A stretch of DNA of 64,000 bases, taken from assembly GCF_009914755.1 (NCBI RefSeq), contig NC_060932.1. The stretch is one strand, 5' to 3'. Position numbers and translations under genes: made by a program. The first letter of the stretch is position 1, and every line of letters begins with the position of its first letter. The notes below the pieces were generated by a model. It searched no databases, was not told where the DNA came from, and saw nothing but the letters and a program-made list of their open reading frames with translations. Shown here piece by piece: positions 13,341 through 28,919 of this stretch. Source of the DNA: the human T2T-CHM13v2.0 reference genome, Homo sapiens.

Positions 13341-14810
13341 CCCCAACCCTCACTTTTTTTCTTTTCAGCTTATTGGAGTATACAGTACAGGGAAAACATA
13401 GGCTCTCTAACTGATTTCAAATATGCTGTGATACTAATTAACAATGAAAATATCATTTATTCCATACTCTGGAGAGTGTATTCTATTTCTCATCAAGGAA
13501 GAGAAGCTACAGCACCAGTGATTCTAACATCATTTCATAATCAACATGATCCCACCATTGTGGATCAGAAAATGAAGGTAAAGAAAAATCACTGGATGTT
13601 AACAACAAACAAAATTGCACTCTCTTTTCTCCCAAGTTCTGCCATTTTAGTATTGTTTTGCAGTGCTAAGGATACATATATATGTACATTTATGGCATCA
13701 TTAGACACTAAATTTGGTCGGCATGCTTGGTTTCATGTTAAGTTTTCCAGCCGTATATTAGAAGTTACAGCACAGGCAATGTGTACACAGCATAGAGTTA
13801 ACTTCCCCAAACATCATCCATCATTAGAATAAGAACAAGAGGAAAAAGAAGAATAATTCAACAAAAACATAGCTGTGCCCTGCCAACATCTACATAATAA
13901 GAAAACCCATTGATTAAAAGCACCAAGCTCAGTTTATGTTTTTCTCATGTAAAATAAAAATTGGTCTATATTTTCCCAGGAAATTACTAAATACATTAGA
14001 ATTTACATAGAAACAACCCAACTGAGAGACCCGGGGAGGCTTAGAGCTAAGGAAACTGTCTATAGAGTATTAAAATGGAGATTGGACAATTAGCCACTGT
14101 ATGTCAGTTTAGTCACATCAGATAATACAAACCTCAAATTAACATTATTAGCCTGAAGTATGCTACCTACATTGTACATTGTAGAATACCAAATTAAATA
14201 ATAAACAAAATCATGTTTAATATACACTAATGAACTTTATCAATCTCCTCCTCTTTCCATCCTGTTTTTACTCTCTTTTCCTTTGCCCACATTTCTTCTT
14301 TAAGCCAGAATCAATCAACTATATTAACTCTCCATTGCCAGTCTCCAGAGGTTGTGTGAGGGGAAGAACAAATACTGGGATTCAATTTCTAATCTACTCC
14401 AGCTGTGTGACCCTAAAGAACTTCTCAAAAATGGAACCAGTAGGGCCCGGAACCAGCCTGTTTTATTTAGAGCTATATCCTCAGTTCCTCAGAAAGCTCC
14501 CATGCATAAAGAGTGCTCCATAAATATTGGTTACATGAATGAATTACTAATGCCTGTCTTTTTAGAATCATTGTGAGGACTTAGTATGTGTCCGGGAGAG
14601 TGTTTGGCACTTAACAAGTGCTCAATAGAAGGCACCTGTGGCTGATGCTTGTTTACTGCAATCCACTTGCCCCAGAGAATGAAAGAATAGAGTTGTAAAC
14701 AGCAGATTAACCATTTGTAACATAATATCCGCTGGGCTAAGCAAATCATCTAGTCTCATGTCTTGCTCAGAATTCTCACAAACGAACACAGATCCCCCTT
14801 TCCACCCTAA

Positions 14811-15131
<321 letters not shown>

Positions 15132-16022
15132 AGGATTATTTCTTAAAAGCTTTATAATTGACATAGCATAAAATTGTCTATTTAAAGTGTGCAATTCTGT
15201 AGTTTTTCATACATTCACACAGTATGCAACCACCACCACTGCCTAATTTTAAGACATTTCCATCACCCTGCGAAAGAAACCCCATACCTATTAGCCTTCA
15301 CTCCCAATCTTTCCTGCCTCCGAGTCCCAGGAAAACACTAATTTACTTTCTGTCTCTGTAGATTTGCCTATGTCAAATACTTAATATAAATATAATCACT
15401 TAACATGGGGCCTTTTGTGATTGGTTTATTTAATGTAGCAAAATGTTTTCAAAGTCTATCCATGTTGTATCACATATCAATATTTCATTCTTATTTTTAT
15501 TGTCAAATAATATTCCCTGATATGGATATGACACATTTTATTTTTCATTCATCAGTTGATGGCCATTCAGATTATTTCTGCCTTTAGGAATAAGGCTGCT
15601 TATGGACATTTTTATACACATTTATGTGTGATCATTTGTTTTCATTTCATTTAGGTATATAACTATGAGTGGATTTGCTAGGTCTTATATTAATTCTATG
15701 TTTAATATTTTAAGGAACAGCCAAACCTTTTTCCAAAGCGGTGCACCATTTTACTCTCCCACCAGCAGTGGATGAAGTCTCCAATTTCTTCAAATCTTAG
15801 CGACTGATTTTTAAAATTAAATCTTCTAGTGGGTGTGAAGTTGTATTACATTGAGGTTTTGATTTTCATTTCTTTAGTTACTAATCATGTTGGACATCTT
15901 TTTATTTGCTTATCAGATATTTGTATATCTCCTTTGGAGAAATATTTATTCAAATCATTTGCCCATTTAAAATTTTTTTGTCTTTATTATTGTGTTACAA
16001 TATTTCTTTATATATTCTGGAT

Positions 16023-16146
16023 ACTCTTATTAGATATATAATTAGACTCATTAGATATATAGACTCTTATTAGATACATAATTAGACTCTTATTAGATAT
16101 ATAATTAGACTCTTATTAGATATGTAATTAGACTATTAGATACATT
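16023..16146. repeat. 23-bp minisatellite (actcttattagatatataattag), about 6 copies
   Basis: Four full and two shortened units read directly. Confidence 0.9.
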
Positions 16147-16194
16147 ATTTGCAAACAGTTTGTCCCATTCTATAGGCTTACTTTCCACTTTCTT

Positions 16195-16499
16195 TCTTTT
16201 TTTTTTTTTTTTTGAGATGGAGTCTTGCTCTGTCACCCAGGCTGGAGTGCAGTGGTGCAATCTCAGCTCACTGCAACCCCGCCTCCCAGGTTCAAGCAAT
16301 TCTCCTGCCTCAGCCTCCTGAGTAGCTGGGATTATAGTCATGTGCCACCATGTCTGGCTTATTTTTGTATTTTTAGCAGAGATGGGATTTCACCATGTTG
16401 GCCAGGCTGATCTTGAACTCCTGGCCTCAGGTGATCCGCCCGCCTCAGCCTGTAATCCCAAAGTGCTGGGATTATAGGTGTGAGCCACCATGCCCAACC
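16195..16499 (-). mobile_element. AluSx/Sz full length
   Basis: Dimeric Alu; TSD tccactttctt (16184-16194 / 16500-16510); 5-bp insertion at 16451-16455. Confidence 0.92.
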
Positions 16500-17592
16500 T
16501 CCACTTTCTTGATATTACTCTTTGCAGCACAGAAGCTATTAATTTTGATGAAGTCCAATTTATCTATTTTTTCCTATGGTTGCTTGTGATTTTACTGTGA
16601 TTTGTTAGAAACCATTGTTTTATCCAAGACTACAATGATTTACATTTATGTTTTCTTCTAAGATTTATATAGTTTTTAGCTCTCACATTTAAGTCTTTAA
16701 ACTCTCCACCCAGTAATAGCAAAACATATATATTCTTTTCAAGCCTATTCTAGAAATTTCATGTAAATGGGGTCGTAGAATATTTGTCCTTTTGTGACTG
16801 GCTTATTTCACTCAGCATAATGTTTTCAAGGTTCGTCCATACTGTAGCATGTGTCAGAATGTCATTCCTTTTATGGCTAAACAATATTCCACTGTATGTA
16901 TAAACCACATTGTGTTGGTGCATTTATCTGTTGATGGACACTTGTATTGTTTCCACCTGTTGGCCATTGTGAATAACACTGCAGGGAACATTAGTACACA
17001 GATATCTCTTTCAGTCCCCATTTTCAATTCTTTTGGGTTAATACCTAGTAGTGGAATTGCTGGGTCATATAGTAATTCTATATTTAGCTTTTTGAGGACT
17101 TGCCAAATTTTCTCTACAGAGATTGCACCATGTTACATTCCCATCAGAAATGTACAAGATTTCCAACTTCTCTGCATCCTCACCAACACATGTGGGCTTA
17201 TTATAATTATAATAATTGTTGCTGTTATAGTCATCCTTGTAGGTGTGATGTGGCATCTCACTGTAGTTTTGATTTTAATTTCCCTAACAACTTTTTCATG
17301 TCCTTATTGATCATTGATATTTCTTCTCCAGAAAAGGTCTACTCAAGTCTTTGCCTATTTCTAAATTGAGTCATTTGTCTTTTTGTTTTTGTGTTTAAGG
17401 AGGTTTTAAATATATCCTGGATATTAAACCCTTATCAGATATATGATTTGCAATACTTTCTACCATCGTGTAAGTTGCTTTTTTCATTTTCTTGATAATG
17501 TCCTTCAATGCATAAAGCTTTTATTTTTATGAGATCCAATTAGTTTTTTTCTGCTCATGAATTTAGTATTATATCTATAAATCCATTACCAA

Positions 17593-20500
17593 GTGTTAGG
17601 TGCATATATATTTAGGACTGTAATATTTTCCTGTTGGACTATTCCTTTCATCATTACCTAATGTCCCTTTTTGTTGTTTTTTAACTGTTGTTACTTTAAA
17701 CTCTGTTTTGTCTAATATAAGAATAGCTATTCCTGCTCACTTTTGGTTTCCATTTGCATGGAATATCTTTTTCCACCCCTTTACCTTAAGTTTATGTGAG
17801 TCCTTATGTGTTAGGTGAGTCTCTTGAAAACAGCAGATACTTGGTTGGTGGATTTTTATCCATTCTGCCATTCTGTATCATTTAAGTGGAGCATTCCAGC
17901 CATTTGCATTCAATGTTAGTATTGAGAGGTGAGATAGTGTTTTATTCATCATGTTAGTTGTTGCCTTAATACCTTGTGGGTTTTTTTTCCATTGTGTTAT
18001 TGTTTTATAGGCCCTGTGAAATTTATGCTTTAAAAAGGTTCTCTTTTGGTGTATTTTGAGATTTTCTTTCAAGATTTAGAACTCCTTTAAGCATTTCTTG
18101 TAGTACTGTCTCAGTACTGATGAATTATCTTAGCATTTCTTTGTCTGAAAAAGACTTTATCTCTCCTTCATTAATGAAGCTTAGTTTTGCTGGATACAAA
18201 ATTCTTAGCTGACAATTATATTCTTTTGAGAGGCTAATGATGGGACCCCAATCTCTTCTGGCTTGTAAGGTTTCTGCTGAGAAGTCTACTGTTAATCTGA
18301 TAGGTCTTCCTTTATAGATTATCTGATGCTTTTGTCTCATAGCTCTTTAGATTCTGTCCTTCATCTTGACTTTAGATAACCTGATGACTATGTGCCTAGG
18401 TGATAATCTTTCTGCGATGAATTTCCCGAGTGTTCTTTGAGCTTCTTGTATTTGGATGTCTAGACATCTAATAAGGTCAGGAAAGTTTTCCTCAATTATT
18501 ACTTTAAATAAGTTTTCCAAACTTTTAGATTTCTCTTCTTCCTCAAGAACACCAATTATTTTTAGGCTTGGCTGTTTAACATAATCCCAAATTTTCTGGA
18601 GGCTTTGTTCATTTTTTTTATTCTTTTTTCTTTGTCTTTGTCTGATTGGTTTAATTCAAAAGCCTTGTCTTTGAGCTCTGAAGTTCTTGCTTCTACTTGT
18701 GCTAGTCTGTTGCAGAAACTTTCTACTGCAATTTGTATTTCTCTGTGTCTTTCATTTCCAAAAGTTTTAATTGTTTTTTCTTTATAATATCTATTTCTCT
18801 GCAGCATTTTTCATCCATATCCTGTATTTTTTAAATGTAAGTTGGTTTTCATCTTTCTCTGGTATCTCCTTGAGAAGCTTAATAATCAACCTTTTGAATT
18901 CTTTATCTGGCAATTAAGAGATTTCTTCTTGGTTTGGATTCATTGCTGGGTAGCTGGTGTAGTTTTTTTGGGATGTTGTAAAACCATGTTTTTCCATATT
19001 ACCAGAATTACTTTTTTGTTTCCTTCTCATTTGGTAGACTGTTTCAGTAGAAAGATCTGGAACTCGAGGCCTGCTGTTCGGAGTCTCTTGTCCCATGGGG
19101 TGATCCCTTGATGTGCTGCTCTCTCCCTTCACCTAATGATGGGGTTTCTTGAGAGCTTGACTGCTGCCGAGTCTGTCCTGCAGACTGGCTGAGTGACAGA
19201 TGGAAGAAGTTCGCTGACACAGGTGTTTTGCCTGACAGCACGGCTAAGGGACCCCATGGCTTAGCACCGCCGACAAGAGTGCAGTGCAGCTGCAGCAGCA
19301 CCCATAAGCTGGAGATCCTCGTATTTATTTAGTACAGATTTAATGACAAAGGCTTGGAGCAAACACAATTTGTGGGTAATAAACATTGTCAATCCCCCGA
19401 GTAGAGAGCAGTCCTGTGCACGAATTATCAAAGGTTGGTTTCTGGAGACAGGAGTAAACAAATTTATCTAGATAAGTCCCTTTACATTCCCTTGTTATCT
19501 ACCCTTTGCTCTCAGGCTCCAGATAAGAGAATTTGGCTACCTTCAGCCAAATTTTCTTTCCAAGCTTTGGCAAAATTTCCTGCCTTTCCAAGAAGGTTTG
19601 TGTCTTTCCCTATAATTGCTATAACTTTTCCCACCACCCTGACCGATCTCCTACAGACTACAGTTATTGTTATTGCTCTTCTGGATCTAGCCACCCAATG
19701 GGTCTACTAGGCTCTGGGCTGGTGCTGCAGGATATCTGCAAAGAGTCCTGTTATGTAATTCATCTTTAGGCCTCCCAGCTGTGCACACCAGTACCTGCTC
19801 TGGTAGAGGTGGCAGGGAAGTAAAGTAAACTCTGTGAGAGTCCTTAGTTGTAGATATGTTTAGTGTGCTGGCTTTCTTAAATGCTGGTTATGCTAGCAAT
19901 GAAGTTGTCATGTGGACACACTGAGGACCTCTGGTTAGCCAGGATGTTGCAGGCAGTGGAATTAGCTGTTGTCTTCTCTTCCCTGGGATCAGGGTTGTTC
20001 TGTCATGAGTTGTTGTAATGACCTACATTGGTTGGCCTCCAGCCAGGAGGTGGCACTTTTGAGAGAGCACCAGCTGTGATAGCAGAAGGGGGATATAAGC
20101 TTGCCCTAACATGGCCAGGGTATTTTTGTTTCTCAGAAGATGGGTGGGGCCATAAAGCTACCAAGAGTTTCTATGTTTTGTGTTTGGCTACCAGGGCAGG
20201 TAGGAAAATACCATCAGGTTGGGGCAGGGTTAGGCAGGTTTGAGCTCAGGCTCTCCTTGGACAGAGCTTGCTGTAGCTACTATAGGTGATGGGGGGATGG
20301 TTCTCAGGCCAATGGGATTCTATTACAGAGGGGATCTTGGCCACCTTGCTTCAGACCATAAGCCATGCTGCTGAGAAAGCAAGCATGGCTTTCAGACCTC
20401 ACCCCCCACCCCCCATCTGCCTACTCTGTTCGTTGCAGCTCCTGTGCTCCTGCACTTGCTCATATCCACAGCAACTCCCACTGATCCCCTGGACTCCACT

Positions 20501-21027
20501 CAAGACAATTTATGCCCAGTCAAAACCACTAACAATTACACTTGGGAGTCTCCTTCACCCTGTGATCCCTCCCAAATTCTGCTGGCTGCCTTCCCTGAGG
20601 GACCCATGAGATATAGTCAGGGATGGCTTCCCTGAGCTCAAACTGGAGACTGGGAGTGCATCAAGGCCCTTCCCACTGGTACTTCTACTTTTATATTTTG
20701 CCCGACTCCCTAAATCCATTTCATCTCTAGGTAAAGTTAAACCCTTCTCATGTGATCTGGATTTTCAGATTCCCCAGTAGAGACATGTGTTCAGATGTGT
20801 GTCCCCTCTCACACTTTGGGAATTCAGTTTTTTGCCTGTTTCATGGAATTTGCAGTGCCATGCCACTTCTTTCAAAGGATCTGTGAATTCTTTCAGTTTT
20901 CTGGTACAATCCTGTGGCAGTTCTTGTAGTAAATATCACAGTGTGAGTTTCCACATGCTGTTCTGCCTATCCATGTGGGAGCTGCATAATAGCCCTGTTT
21001 CCTATCTGCCATCTTCCCGTGATCTCT
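17593..21027 (-). mobile_element. L1PB-type 5' half (5' UTR, ORF1, start of ORF2 endonuclease), 3'-deleted
   Basis: ORF1 remnant IRLTVDFSAETLQARRDWGPI...YPAKLSFINEGEIKSF (18125-18340); EN remnant ITVLNIYAPN near 17600; 5' end aagatggcagatagg on the minus strand. Confidence 0.85.
19165..19655 (-). mobile_element. LTR22 solo LTR (HERV-K22/HML-5) inside the L1PB
   Basis: Minus strand begins tgtaggagatcggtcagggtggtgggaaaag; 6-bp TSD gactgc / gactac (19159-19164 / 19656-19661). Confidence 0.85.
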
Positions 21028-21059
21028 AACTTCATCTCATACTGTCCTGTGAATCACTC

Positions 21060-21530
21060 AACTTCAATCCACACTGTCTCCACGCCCCTCTTAGAGCAAG
21101 TCAGACAAATTCTACCTTAGGGAATTTGCATTTGTTCTTAACTCCATCTGAGAACAATTTTCCCAGATATCCAAATATTCAACCCCCTTATCTCCTTCAA
21201 GTATTTGTTTGTATTTTATCTTCTCAATGAGGTCTACATTGATCACTATTTTTTGAATTGCAGTCTGGTCTCCCCCTACCCATAGCATTCCCAATTTTCT
21301 ATTTCCTCTATGTTTTTTTTTGTTGTTGTTGTTCCATAATTCTTATCACTTTCTAACATAACACATGTAATCTACTTTGTATTTGCTGTTGATTGCCTTT
21401 CTCTGCTACTGCAATATTAGCTCCATGAGGGAAAGGATCTTTGGCTTGTTTACTGATATTTTCTAAGCACACAGAATAGCACCTGAAAGCACAGTTGGTA
21501 CTCAGTAAGTATTTAATAAAGAGTGAATCA
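21060..21530 (+). mobile_element. L2a 3' fragment
   Basis: agctccatgagggaaagga...tactcagtaagtattt terminus. Confidence 0.7.
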
Positions 21531-22340
21531 ATTATTCTATAACTTTGATGGAACATTTTAGGAAAAAAAATGCTGCTGTGTTTTCAAATCCACAAGCTGT
21601 AAGTTAGAAGACATTTAATTAACCACATTTTCTGAAAAACATTATTTGCACCAGGAGATTTAGTACTTATTAAGAGAACTATTTGAATCTGAGTATAAAA
21701 TATGGTCAACCACAACAAATTCACAGATATAGATGTTAATAACTTCCCATTATTTATGAAGAGGTGATAATTAAACTGATTCAACATAAAAATAAAACAG
21801 CCTAATAATATTCTAAACAGTTATGCAAGAGAATGAAATTAATGGACAAAAGTATAGAAATCTATTACTCAAAGAGACATAAGACTCCAAAATAAGATAG
21901 GTTGTTAGTAGTTATTTCAACTTTTAAAAATAGCATGTTACCTGCAGATTAAATTCATGGGAGAAAGTAATCAAACAAAAATAAAATTTGCAAAATTAAT
22001 TACAGTGTTCAAAATATACAGCCATTGAATTACACAGGGTTGATCAAGATTAGCACTTCAGTGGCATTAGGATGTGTAAGTCTTTAGAAACCTGAGATGA
22101 GGCAAATCTGCAGTGTTTATCACAGGTTAAAACTGGATATGGGGGAGGGCAGTCGAGATGGCTGAATAGGAACAACTCCGGTCTACAGCTCCCAGCATGA
22201 GCGACGCAGAAGGTGGGTGATTTCTGCATTTCCATCTGAGGTACCGGGTTCATCTCACTAGGAAGTGCCAGACAATGGGCGCAGGACAGTGGGTGCAGTG
22301 CACCGTGTGTGAGCTGAAGCAGGGCGAGGCAATGCCTCAC

Positions 22341-22595
22341 TCAGGAAGCGCAAGGGGTCAGGGAGTTCCCTTTCCTAGTCAAAGAAAGGGGTGACAGACA
22401 GCACCTGGAAAATCGGGTCACTCCCATCTTAATACTACGCTTTTCCAATGGGCTTAAAAAACAGCACACCAGGAGATTATATCCCGTACATGGTTCAGAG
22501 GGTCCTACGCCCACAGAGTCTCGCTGATTGCTAGCACAGCAGTCTGAGATCAAACTGCAAGGTGGCAGCGAGGCTGGGGGAGGGGCACCCGCCAT
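22341..22595 (-). CDS. L1 antisense ORF0-like reading frame, open (84 aa); expression unknown
   Basis: MAGAPPPASLPPCSLISDCCASNQRDSVGVGPSEP matches primate ORF0; ATG at 22595. Confidence 0.5.
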   Translation of the reverse strand: MAGAPPPASLPPCSLISDCCASNQRDSVGVGPSEPCTGYNLLVCCFLSPLEKRSIKMGVTRFSRCCLSPLSLTRKGNSLTPCAS

Positions 22596-23178
22596 AGCCC
22601 AGGCTTGCTTAGGTAAACAAAGCAGCCGGGAAGCGCAAACTGGGTGGAGCCCACCACAGCTCAAGGAGGTCTGCCTGCCTCTGTAGGCTCCACCTCTGGG
22701 AGCAGGGCACAGACAAACAAAAAGACAGCAGTAACCTCTGCAGACTTAAATGTCCCTGTCTGACAGCTTTGAAGAGAGCAGTGGTTCTCCCAGCACGCAG
22801 ATGGAGATCTGAGAACGGGCAGACTGCCTCCTCAAGTGGGTCCCTGACCCCTGACCCCTGAGCAGCCTAACTGGGAGGCACCCCCCAGTAGGGGCAGACT
22901 GACACCTCACACGGCCGGGTACTCCTCTGAGACAAAACTTCGAGAGGAACTATCAGACAGCAGCATTCGCGGTTCACGAAAATCCGCTGTTCTGCAGTCA
23001 CCGCTGCTGATACCCAGGCAAACAGGCTCTGGAGTGGACCTCTAGCAAATTCCAACAGACCTGCAGCTGAGGGTCCTGTCTGTTAGAAGGAAAACTAACA
23101 AACAGAAAGGACATCCACACCAAAAACCCATCTGTACATCACCATCATCAAAGACCAAAAGTAGATAAAACCACAAAG

Positions 23179-24195
23179 ATGGGGAAAAAACAGAGCAGAA
23201 AAAATGGAAACTCGAAAAAGCAGAGCGCCTCTCCTCCTCCAAAAGAACACAGTTCCTCACCAGAAATGGAACAAAGCTGGATGGAGAATGACTTTGACGA
23301 GTTGAGAGAAGAAGGCTTCAGATGATCAAACTACTCCAAGCTACAGGAGGAAATTCAAACCAAAGGCAAAGAAGTTAAAAACTTTGAAAAAAATTTAGAC
23401 GAATGTATAACTAGAATAACCAATACAGAGAAGTGCTTAAAGGAGCTGATGGAGCTGAAAGCCAAGGCTTGAAAACTACGTGAAGAATGCAGAAGCCTCA
23501 GGAGCCAATGCGATCAACTGGAAGAAAGGGTATCAGTGACGGAAGATGAAATGAATGAAATGAAGCGAGAAGGGAAGTTTAGAGAAAAAAGAATAAAAAG
23601 AAACGAACAAAGCCTCCAAGAAATATGGGACTATGTGAAAAGACCAAATCTACATCTGATTGGTGTACCTGAAAGTGACAGGGAGAATGGAGCCAAGTTG
23701 GAAAACACTCCGCAGGATATTATCCAGGAAAACTTTCCCAATGTAGCAAGGCAGGCCAACATTCAGATTCAGGAAATACAGAGAATGCCACAAAGATACT
23801 CCTCGAGAAGAGCAACTCAAAGACACATAATTGTCAGACTCACCAAAGTTGAAATGAAGGAAAAAATGTTAAGGGCAGCCAGAGAGAAAGGTCAGGTTAC
23901 CCACAAAGGGAAGTCCATCAGAATAACAGCGGATCTCTCAGCAGAAACTCTACAAGCCAGAAGAGAGTGGGGGCCAATATTCAACATTCTTAAAGAAAAG
24001 AATTTTCAACCCAGAATTTCATATCCAGCCAAACTAAGCTTCATAAGTGAAGGAGAAATAAAATACTTTACAGACAAGCAAATGCTGAGAGATTTTGTCA
24101 CCACCAGGCCTGCCCTAAAAGAGCTCCTGAAGGAAGTGCTAAACATGGAAAGGAACAACCAGTACCAGCCACTGCAATATCATGCCAAAATGTAA
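23179..24195 (+). pseudogene. L1 ORF1p, disrupted
   Basis: 1017 bp in frame but TGA at codon 49 (23323) and codon 98 (23470). Confidence 0.93.
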
Positions 24196-24258
24196 AGACC
24201 ATTGAGACTCGGAAGAAACTGCATCAACTAATGAGCAAAATAACCAGCTAACATCATA

Positions 24259-28084
<3,826 letters not shown>

Positions 28085-28919
28085 ACAATGAGAACACTTG
28101 GATACAGGAAGGGGAACATCACACTCTGGGGACTGTTGTGGGGTGGGGGGAGGGGGGAGGGATAGCATTAGGAGATATACCTAATGCTAAATGATGAGTT
28201 AATGGGTGCAGCACACCAGCATGGCACATGTATACATATGTAACTAACCTGCACATTGTGCACATGTACCCTAAAACTTAATGTATAATAATAATAAAAA
28301 AAAAAACAAAAAAAAAAACTGGATATGAAGCTAATATGGGTTATCCTAAGGTACACACATAGGAATGTGAGTACAAATTCCACATTTATGTCTAAAATCA
28401 AAATCTCAAGTAATAAGTCAATGACATCTGAATCTAGGATCTAAGACACTTGTCCAAAGGTCAGGGAGTCTACGATAGAGCAAAGATTAATGAAGAACAA
28501 GCCAATTCAAACACTTAGAGATAAATGTCATAGGATGGCATAAACATAGGGGCATTAAGTCAATTGTTAGATTGGAAAAAAACAAATCATTCTTGGAAAA
28601 TGGGAGCAAGGACTGGGAACTCCAGTTATTGGGGATTTATGGTCCAGAGAAGGAATTCAGTTAAAGAACCAGAGAACAATAGAAAAAAAAAATAAACAAG
28701 TACTGGAAGATGGCTACCAGGCTCAGATCATTCTTGGTAGTGAATCAGCAAAAACCTATCTTTGTGTTTTCTATAGAGTCCCTTTCCCCCTACCCCCGCC
28801 CCCGGAATCAAGCTGGGTCTAGCTGCATTTACTAGAGGCCCAATCACGAGACACAGACAAACTAGGAAAGAAAGGAATTTATTGCTGTAACCAGACACAG
28901 GGAGAAGGCTGAAACTATT

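Larger units (their letters stand above)
15150..17592 (-). mobile_element. Two old L1MB-type 3' fragments in tandem
   Basis: Antisense L1 3' UTR/ORF2-end motifs occur twice (about 15150-16700 and 16740-17590). Confidence 0.7.

Noticed and set aside
16023-16146. CRISPR-like array
   Set aside because: Head-to-tail units without unique spacers, in primate DNA with no cas genes
28140-28162. G-quadruplex motif (also near 59478-59499)
   Set aside because: Standard G-rich tract of L1 3' UTRs
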